A DNA stretch of 32,000 nucleotides. Origin: Wallemia ichthyophaga EXF-994. Taxonomy: Eukaryota > Fungi > Basidiomycota. This document shows positions 23,657 through 32,000 of the stretch, one piece after another (the stretch's first letter is position 1; each line of letters opens with the position of its first letter). The position numbers and the translations under genes are program-made. Below the pieces are notes generated by a model that saw only the letters and a program-made list of their open reading frames with translations, was not told the origin of the DNA and ran no database searches. The stretch covers positions 263,865-295,864 of the forward strand of contig NW_008806286.1 in the NCBI RefSeq assembly GCF_000400465.1, given 5' to 3'.

Positions 23657-25560
23657 ATGAATCTTCTGGAGAATAATAAAAATTTATTCAAAGACATCTT
23701 TATAGGCGCTGTGCTGTTTAGTTATTTGAGTAAAGCTGCCAGGGAAATCTATATCTACGGTGTGGCTCACTCGATTAGAAGCGTCTTCAAGGGATTTTCA
23801 AGGAGGGCGCTGCTTCTACTTACTAGCCTACCTTGGACAAAAAAGCAGATTGATGACGAGCTCAATAGCGCGCTGAGTGATTTGGATAGCAAAATGGTTA
23901 TCAGGGATCCTTCTCTGCCCACCCACCACAAACTCCCAACAATTGGCCACGATAAGCACTCCGTACACCACCAGCTATCCTCTCTCGCCAATATTCCTCA
24001 CTCTCGCTGGGAAGACGGCCGTGTTTCTGGCGCTGTCTACTATGGCGACAGCGGCGACATCAACGACGTCATCATCGAAGCCTTTTCTCGCTTCTCCGTA
24101 TCAAATCCTCTCCACCCAGACGTATTCCCTGGCATCAGAGCAATGGAAGCTCAAGTTGTTAGTATGGTCTTGAATATGTACAACGCCCCCCAAGATGCCG
24201 CCGGTACAACCACTTCTGGCGGTACTGAATCTATTCTCCTTGCTTGTCTCGCTTATCGCAACTGGTCACGCCAGACCCAAGGCGTTAGCCACCCCGAAAT
24301 GTGAGAATTTTCATGTCTCACATCGAACCATCCCTAACACTCAATCAAGGGTCGTCCCCGAAACCGCACATGCTGCATTCAGCAAGGTGGGTTGTGCTAC
24401 TTCACTTGGGCTTCACTGATACAGTCAGGCGTCCTTCTACTTCGGCATCACTCTCCGCCGCGTCCCCGTTGACCCACACACTCGTAAAGCCAGTCTGAAG
24501 CATGTCAAGCGGGCCATTAATGGTAACACATGCATGCTCGTTGCCTCTGCCCCCAATTTCCCTGTGAGTTGGTTATTGTGCACTAGCCACACCTGCTGAG
24601 AACACGCCACACGCAGGACGGGAACGTCGACGACATAGTCGAGATGGGCGCACTTGCGAAGCGCTACAAAGTCGGTCTGCATGGTAGGGCCGTTTTAGCG
24701 TACACACACTCAAACTCACACTCCTCAGTCGACTGCTGTCTCGGCAGCTTCATCATGCCCTTCCTTCAAAGCGCCGGGTTTGCCACAACGCCTTTTGATT
24801 TCCGCGTTAATGGCGTGACGTCCATTTCCTGCGACACGCACAAATACGGTTTCGCTCCAAAGGTAGGGATGCATACATGCACACACGCTCATACACTCAC
24901 ACACCCTCACTAAAGGGCTCTTCTGTTATCATGTACGCCAACAAGACATGGCGCTCTTTCCAGTACTACTCGCAGCCAGACTGGACGGGCGGGGTGTACG
25001 CGTCGCCTACGCTAGCAGGATCGCGGTGAGTGCGAGGTAGCTAGAGCGCCATATTCTAACGCCCCTTTAGTCCTGGTGCACTCATAGCAGGCACGTGGGC
25101 GGTGCTCACCCATGTCGGCGTGGACGGGTATGTGCGTTCGTGTGGCGAGATAGTGCGCGCGCGCCAGCGTATCCAGCGTGCTATTGAAACCGACTACCAA
25201 GCTGACCTCGCCGTCATGGGACAGCCGCTTGGCTCAGTCGTCGCTTTCACATCTGTTAACCCCGCACTGAATATTTATACAGTCGGTGATCTCCTGCATG
25301 AGAAGGGATTCTCGCTTAATGCCGTGGCCAATCCGCCCGCACTGCATATCGCTTGCACTCGCCCCACTGTGGCGGCAGTTGACGATATACTTTCCTCCCT
25401 CAGATGGGCTGTCGACCAGGCTAAGAGTCGCACGTTTGGCAAAGAGGATGAGGGCTCTATGGTGGCTTTGTACGGCGTAGGAAGCTCTACCGCTATCGGA
25501 CCCGACCTCGTCGATTATCTCGCAAGAGGCTTCCTCGATACTATGTATGTGGTATCGTAA
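23657..25560 (+). CDS. DPL1: Sphingosine-1-phosphate lyase (PLP-dependent), about 538 aa
   Basis: Exons 23657-24300, 24350-24386, 24429-24563, 24617-24683, 24729-24862, 24916-25025, 25071-25560 (1617 nt). [40 protein letters not shown]-lysine motif [13 protein letters not shown] and [10 protein letters not shown]. Confidence 0.96.
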
Positions 25561-25782
25561 TTGTATGAGTATTAAAATATGAATGTAACTATCAGTGGAG
25601 TAACAGGACTTAATGGGTGGGTGTTGATTAGCTGGTAAGGCTGGTGGGTTGTGCTACTGTAAAACAAATAACTGCTTGCGGTTATAAACTGCGTAGAAGA
25701 GAAGAGAGGGGCAAAAAGAACAAGGATGAAAGGTGAACCGGTGAAGCGACACCACAACATCCACAAGCAACACAAGCTACAC

Positions 25783-28661
25783 TCACGCACCCTCCTCATC
25801 CTCACTATCGTGCTCAAGGGTGAATTTGACATGAGGACGACGAGAGTGGGAGTGATCGGAGGAGCGCGATGCTCTGCTAGGTGATCTCGACGGGATGTGT
25901 GAAGTCTGTGAAGTCTGCGCACCGCCCTGCTGACCGAGATTCATATGGCTGAGGCTCTCATTAAGGGACTGATTCTGTGTGCTGCCTGAGACAACGCCTT
26001 GGTTTTGTCTGTTCATAGCCTCGCGCAGTTTCTTCATGCTGTCTGCGTCGAGCGTGGACGATCTCTGAACGTCGTTCGTCTGGCTCTCGTCGTAAGTCGG
26101 TAGTCCCTCACTGAGACGCGCGGTTAGAATTTGTCGTAAAGCGCACTATGTACTCCACTCACGGTAACGGGACAACTCCGCCGCCTAAGAAACCGCGGCT
26201 GGCGACATCGTATGATGGGACGCGATTGAGGGCGCTGACGTCGTCTCCCTCTCCCTCCTCTCCTCTCTCGCCCTTTTTGCCCTCCTCCTGCTCTGCAACC
26301 TGACCGCCCTGCTCCGCGAAATGCGACGCCGTGGGCGAGTGTAGCTTGGAGCTGCCGGCCGAGTTATTCTGAGAAGGCGAATGAGAGTATGAGTGTGAAT
26401 GGCTCTTAAAGCTAGTCAGCGGTCTGAGAGCCTTAGGGAGATGCAAATTAAGTTTGCTGCCAGAATGTGGGCCTCCGAAGAGGTTATTGAGCGAATGCGA
26501 CGAGCCGAAAGACGGTCTGGATGGTTTATGTGAGTGTGAAGAGGTGTCGCGCCCCTCCGACGGCGCTGGCAGCACGTCGTCATCATCATTCAAACTGATC
26601 GCATTTGCAGTGTCCCCTTCTTGCTCCTGTTGCTGTTCACTTCCTCTGCGCCCAATCCCACTCCCACTCTCGCGCTCCCCGGGTTCCGGCGAGCCTGCAC
26701 GGCTGGACGCGTGCGATTGGCTGCGAGAAACGTTGCGCGAGCTGCCCGGCGAGCGAGCTTGCGAGGGGAGTTGTGAGTAAGAGAGTGCGTGTGCGTTTGA
26801 CTGTGAGTTTGAATTGTGGTTTGCATGCTTAGGCGACCCATTCCCACTCCCACCCGCGCCTGGTTGGTTGCGTCTCTGAGCACGTTCAATCTCGCCTAGA
26901 CTGAGGTAAAACTCGCTATCAGCCCAGCTCATCTGCGGGCGGGTCGGCAACGTCTGTCCTGCAGCTGAGGGAGAAAGTTGGTCTGGGGGAGTAGCCGCAC
27001 CGCTGCCAGTGCTGCCGCCAGTGCTGCGCACGGCGAACGAGGACGCACCGGGCGTCGCGGGTCTTGAAGCAACGGGTGACATGTGCGCACCGGGGGATCC
27101 GAGCGGGGAGTAAGTATGGTTGCCGTATCCAGAAGGGACAGTACCGCTAGTGACGACATTGGCATTCGGGACGCGGTCATAGATGTGATTTGAGTATGAG
27201 GGCAGATCCGCTGTCGCTGCCGCTGTTGCAGCTTCATCTGCCGTTTGGGGGTCTGGCGCTCCAGCTGATTCACCGAAAAGAGCGCGGCGCGCATTTGCGG
27301 TACTTACCACCGTTTCCTGTAACAGCTCCCGTGATAGAATGTGGATCGGCAACGCACAGCGTAACTCCGATTGGTGTCCGTCACGATTCTGGATCATGCA
27401 GGACCATTTTATCTTGTGGTTTATGTATACGGGCCCTATAGAGGGCTTGTTAGCAATGTCTCAGTGGTCAATACTCACACCCACAGTACTGGTGGGAGGG
27501 GACTGCTGTAGTCGGGAGGTGGACATTGATAACCGTGTCAACCTCGCCGTCATTGAGCTCAGTGAGATCCTCAGGGCCCTCGGCGAAACGGGGATCGTTA
27601 TCGGCCCACCCCACCATAGCTCTTCTCGAAGATCTGGACGGGTCGGCGGCGGGAGTTGGAGGATTGGACAGATCAAGAGAGCGGACAGGCTCGAGATTGG
27701 AGTTTGAAACAGGGCGTGATGACGGACTAGAAGGAAGAGACCTATTGGGGGGAGTGGAAGCGGCGGTAGAGTCAGCTCTACGGAAAGCGGCGACTTCAAC
27801 GGGAATAGGCTCGCCATCGGAGGAGAAGTGGTGCCTATAGGTAGACACGATCCTAGATGAATCCTGCTTACAATGCTTGCCGTTCGACTGAGCATATTCC
27901 TTGATGATCGTGGTGAGCTGCGTAACCTTGACACCCTTTAGAATGGGGGTGAGCTTGATGGATATGGGTATAGAGTCACCAGCGGCGAAGGCCTTGTGTG
28001 GAAGGGTGATGGCGTACAAAATTTTCTGTGGCCAAATGTTCTCAATGTCGAGAGTTTGAGAGAACTCGAGGGCTTCCGAGGGGAGACCGTGGATGATATT
28101 GATGGGTTGCGAAGAGTGGAGGTCTTTCTGGAAAGTGTGGGGCCTGTAGGCGTGGGCTTTGAGCTTGTATTTGATTTCAGCGGAGCCATTGATGAGCTGA
28201 AGGGAGGCAGGGAGTTCAGAAGGAAGATCGAGCTGGAAGGAGAAGGTGTGCCTGCCAGCAGCCAGCGTCTGGTGATGCTTGCCAGACTTGGTGAGTACAG
28301 AGTGCTTGTGGTCGATGAGTACGTGCGTGTCGGAGGTGGTGTGCGATCTGAAAGACTCCTGAACGTTGGTTCTACACTTGCCAGACACTTGGATAACGAT
28401 ATCCTTGAACTCGGTGGAGTGACTCAAGTGGATTTTAACAAGTCCGCGGAGAGTGTACGGAGTCGAGTCGCCGGGGAGACCTTGTAGAACGACGTTGGTC
28501 ACTTGAGGCTCGATTTCAATCTTTGAAGGGCCGTTGGGGTGATCGGTGCAAGTCCTCGGAGTTGGCGGTGGAATCGCTGAGGCTGAGGCTGAGGCTGAGG
28601 CTGCAGAAGGGACATCTGTGCGGGAGGAAGATCTGGATAGGTTGGACCATATGGCAGGCAT
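25783..28661 (-). CDS. Alpha-arrestin / arrestin-related trafficking adaptor (Rod1/CreD-like) with PY motifs, about 925 aa
   Basis: Exons 28661-27485, 27435-26163, 26110-25783 (2778 nt). Arrestin N and C domains (GRHTFSFQLDLPSELPASL, ENIWPQKILY, GHQSELRCALPIHIL); PxY motifs LPSY, VPSY and LPTY in a Ser/Gly-rich tail. Confidence 0.9.
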
Positions 28662-28778
28662 TTATAAGTGAATGACTAGTAAGTTTCAAGTGAATTACGA
28701 ATTTCAATTGAGATCAAGTGAGTTCAAGTAAAATTCAAACGCAGCACAGATACGAGAATCGATAAGGAATGAAAAAAT

Positions 28779-29375
28779 TTAATTCAAGTCAGGGAAACAG
28801 CCAACGATATAATATTTACGCTTGAAGTGATCTCTGGGTGATTGTGAGTAGAAACACTAGCAATGAGTACTAGCACTCACATCCACTCATTCATTGCGAT
28901 TCTATGGGTGATTGTGAGTCGTTTGTAGTCAGTATCACAATATCACTCACACTTGATCCGCCGTTAGATCTTGAAGCTTATCAGGTGGCTGATCGATAGG
29001 CGTGAGTACTTGATCATCGAATGAATGCATGGCCATCCCCCTAGACGCGTCTCTGCCTGCGAAATTACCATATGGACCATCTAGTTGTAGTGGTTAGTGT
29101 TTAGCTCATACACACGCCCATTCAAACCACCAACCTGGGCCATAGAAACTCGCCCCTTTCGACACATCAAATACAATCCCACCAATCGCTATCAAGATGG
29201 GCTTGTGCGGGTGTGTTCCGTTGTACTCGTACAGCTCTCTAGGCCCGTACTTGCGATAGAGTGTACTCGTCTTCCTAGGTGCATCAACCAGCATTTGATA
29301 TTTTATAGATGGATACAGCAATCGATATATATCGTAGAGTACTTTCAATGTGAGTAGTGTGTTCAAATAGGTCAT
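28779..29375 (-). CDS. DAP1: Cytochrome b5-like heme/steroid-binding protein (MAPR/Dap1 family), about 148 aa
   Basis: Exons 29375-29135, 29080-28951, 28901-28881, 28833-28779 (447 nt). [48 protein letters not shown]. The 5' end is uncertain (see findings). Confidence 0.88.
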
Positions 29376-30370
29376 CTGCGGACAGCCTCGTCTTGGTGGT
29401 TGAGGATAGATAGACCAAGCGATGATAGCAACGTACTGCGAGTGTTGCTCAAAGCAGTCTTTAAACGGACCGCCACGTCTTCTTTGAAGGTCAGAGAGTG
29501 TTGAACGAGTGCATATAAAGCTTACTGGGAGTACCGCAGACTATTTGCAGGGAAAGGGTTATACCCGCCTTAATATGGCCCCAGGGCGTTTACCGCAAGG
29601 AAAAGACGAAATGCTTGTGGTCCGCTTACATATCACAGCGGCGGTCAAGAAGCACGTGACTCGCGGCTTGTGTTTGTTGTGTTTCACAAACCCGGCTACC
29701 TTCGTTCCTACTCACTTGGCTATCGGCATGCACAGCATCCGCTCAGTCGTAGCAAATACACGTTTATCTATACTGGTAGGGCTCGCAGTGCCTTTTGTAT
29801 TTGACTGCCTGTCATCACGCAAGCAAACCAACAAACATACTGCGCCATCAATGGTAATCTTCCTCTAGTCAAATGACTTGATTCACAACTGTATTCACAA
29901 CTCATTATGTCCAAGGAGAATTTCTTAAGAATCACAAGAAGAAGCAAAGTAAGAAAGCAAGTTTTGATATTTCAGCTTCCGATGATTTCGACGGTAATTA
30001 CCTCCGCTTGGTGTTTTGCCAAGAATAAAGTTGGTTGATCCTTCAATTCGTAATGAGGATCAATTAGGTTTAAATAATATCCCGAGGTTGCCGCGTGGGT
30101 GCTATCGAAGGAAGCCTTAACGCGTGGCGTTTCAGTTGAAAAGCTTGGCACTGAGTTGTGCCAGAATTGGGAGAAAACATACCCCGTTCGTAAAGCATCC
30201 CCCCTTTAGCACTATCTAACGATACCAGCGGCTCAAAGAAGACGAGTTATGCGCACTCACCAGCAACAACACACAAGCAGAAGATTAGTAAGAAGCCCAA
30301 GAAGAGCAGCACCGGTACTCCTTCCCCACTTTTAAAAAACATTTCTCCTCAAAACAAGACAAGTCCATTT
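29372..30370 (-). other. Candidate unannotated multi-exon gene, pseudogene or intron-rich DAP1 leader
   Basis: Eight donor-like hexamers on the minus strand, at 30260, 30182, 30001, 29840, 29715, 29629, 29525 and 29436. Two complete, typical-size introns: 29525-29482 (GTAAGC/CTGAC/AAG) and 29436-29392 (GTACGT/CTCAAC/AAG). I could not assemble a single confident CDS. Confidence 0.5.
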
Positions 30371-30388
30371 TTTATTCTTTTATTTCCA

Positions 30389-30403
30389 ACGCGTCTATCG
30401 CGT
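30389..30403. promoter_or_regulatory. Paired MCB-like boxes (ACGCGT, TCGCGT) upstream of YCS4
   Basis: ACGCGT at 30389-30394 and TCGCGT at 30398-30403, about 45-60 bp upstream of the ATG. MCB (ACGCGT) is the established MBF site in yeasts; function here is inferred. Confidence 0.45.
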
Positions 30404-30446
30404 GTTCATAGAGCACCGCCATCCACACCACCGAACACCCGATGAA

Positions 30447-32000
30447 ATGATAAAATTCAGTTTAATTGAAAGCCTAAACGAGTACAAAGATGATGTGTTC
30501 ATCGACGACGACGACAATCTCAGCGAGGATCTCCTCCTCGAGCAGATTCTCAACTGTGCCATCTCCCAGGATGACCATTTGTGGTACAATACGCTGGGTT
30601 TTATACAGCGAATATCCCCTGCCACCGCCAGATCTTCGTTGAAGCTCCTCGATGGCCTAGTCCACTCTCTCCACCAATCCACAGACGACAAACTCAGCTT
30701 GGAGGTCCTCGCGTATCTAATTTCCGCCTTTTTAATCAAATTCAGTAAAATCTCATCTCTAAATAAGCAGGATTTGGCCGCGTGGCAGAGTGTCCTCACT
30801 TCGTCATACGCCTCCATATACAGCCTCCTCAACAACTCAAACGCCCTCAAGTTATGGGGCAACTCCGTTGAGAAGGATACCTTTGTTAGGTGAGTGTGCT
30901 TTTACGCGCTTTTCCCTCTTTTTACGCGTGTTTGACGCGTCTTCTAGCTGCTTCACTAAACCTATTTGGATCCTAATGGAAAACGAGCTATACATCAAGA
31001 ACGCCGACACAAAGGCAGTTTTCTTCAACATTCTCTCCATATCCATCATCTCACACGGTCAATCCTTCTCAGCGCAGACGTCCATAATCCAGAATCTCGA
31101 GTATTTCGACCACCTAGGCGAGCCCATGGCTGAGCTACTTAGCCACCTCTACCACAACTACGACGATGCTACACTCACCCACAACTGCCTGGTAGATGTC
31201 TCCAACCGCTCATTCTCAGGTGCCGATCTCAAAGCACCGCGAGCGTTTTCCAAATTCATTACCACGCTCACGCATCACGCACCCGCGCTCGTGCTCAAGC
31301 ATGTAGTGCTTCTACAGACGCACATGGACAGCGACGCGTACACGATGCGCAACGCCATCATAGAGGCGTTCGCCATCCTCATCGCGCACCTCTCCGCACT
31401 CGACAGTAGTGAGAGTGAGAGTGAAACAACGCAGACGCAAATCGCATCCTTCTTCACTGTCCTTATGGATCGCTTTCTCGACAACAACTCATACGTGCGG
31501 TCGAAAGTGATAGCCACATTTATCAAACTCGTTGAACTGCCGACAAAATTCCCTAAGCAGCGCATCGAGTTGCTCGAGAACACCATACGTCATCTCAGCG
31601 ATAAGAGTAGTATGGTGAGGAAGAATGCGACTGGTCTGATCACCAAGATGATTCTAACGCATCCGTACGGGATGCTTCATGGCGGGCGTCTGTGTGGGGA
31701 AGAGTGGCAGGAGCGACTGTCAGCTGTGGACGGGGAACTGCAGAGTGTTGCGCCAAAGCTGGATGGCGATCTGGAGCACGAATCTGAGCAAGAGGAAGGA
31801 GAAAGCGAGGAGAGTTCAAACAGACGCAGATCTAAAAAGTTTGCTCGTAAGTCGGTCGCCGCCGCCACAAACCTCGCACAGTATGACAGCGAGCAAATCT
31901 CTCGATTGCAACTAACACGCTCGTACTACGCCGACGCAATCCGCTTCATCGGTCTAATAGACAAGAGCATCTTAACTATAGCAACGCTTCTCTCCAGCAC
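30447..32000 (+). CDS. YCS4: Condensin complex subunit 1 (Cnd1/Ycs4/CAP-D2, HEAT repeats), 5' part only
   Basis: Exon 30447-30889, intron 30890-30947, exon 30948 to window end (absent from the ORF track). CFTKPIWILMENE, IIQNLEYFDHLGEPMAE, TMRNAIIE, RFLDNNSYVRSKV, LSDKSSMVRKNA and THPYGMLHGG. Confidence 0.9.

Noticed and set aside
27996-28487. 163-aa plus-strand ORF
   Set aside because: Antisense shadow of the arrestin N-domain.
30037-30163. Three adjacent hairpins and a CGAAGGAAGC string suggesting SRP or another structured RNA
   Set aside because: The SRP helix-8 pattern is incomplete and no RNase P/MRP or snoRNA box set is convincing. An Infernal/Rfam scan would settle it; I could not run one.
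30278-30290. CAGAAGATTAGTA resembling the U6 snRNA ACAGAGAAGATTAGCA core
   Set aside because: Match is short and imperfect, and the flanking U6 conserved sequence is absent.
30395-30862. 155-aa minus-strand ORF
   Set aside because: Antisense shadow of YCS4 exon 1.

Overview
This is eukaryotic (fungal) chromosomal DNA, not prokaryotic. The window holds 19 recognisable protein-coding genes in 32 kb (two cut by the window edges), split by short GT-AG introns of about 40-65 nt. Gene density, intron size and protein sequences point to a compact basidiomycete genome such as Wallemia (inference only). Gene order: DNM1(+, partial), PRP40(-), MSS4(-), GSH1(+), VPS39(-), DPM1(+), RRP45(-), GHITM-like(-), DHA1-type MFS transporter(-), PRKRIP1-like(-), RAD23(-), EMG1(+), ATG6(+), CDF metal transporter(+), TGL2-like lipase(-), DPL1(+), alpha-arrestin(-), DAP1-like(-), YCS4(+, partial). 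Exon structures were assembled by hand, and for every complete gene the summed exon length is a multiple of 3. I saw no rRNA, tRNA, CRISPR array or mobile element, and I cannot claim a confirmed novel system. The strongest leads are: (1) an unexplained, intron-dense minus-strand locus at about 29372-30370 whose spliced frame can stop on top of the DAP1 start codon; (2) three head-to-head gene pairs with only 18, 30 and 42 bp between start codons, so promoters probably sit inside coding DNA; (3) introns whose 5' end (GTGAGT) is the reverse complement of their own branch region (ACTCAC); (4) a CDF transporter with altered metal-site residues; (5) an MCB-like ACGCGT cluster upstream of and inside an intron of the condensin gene.
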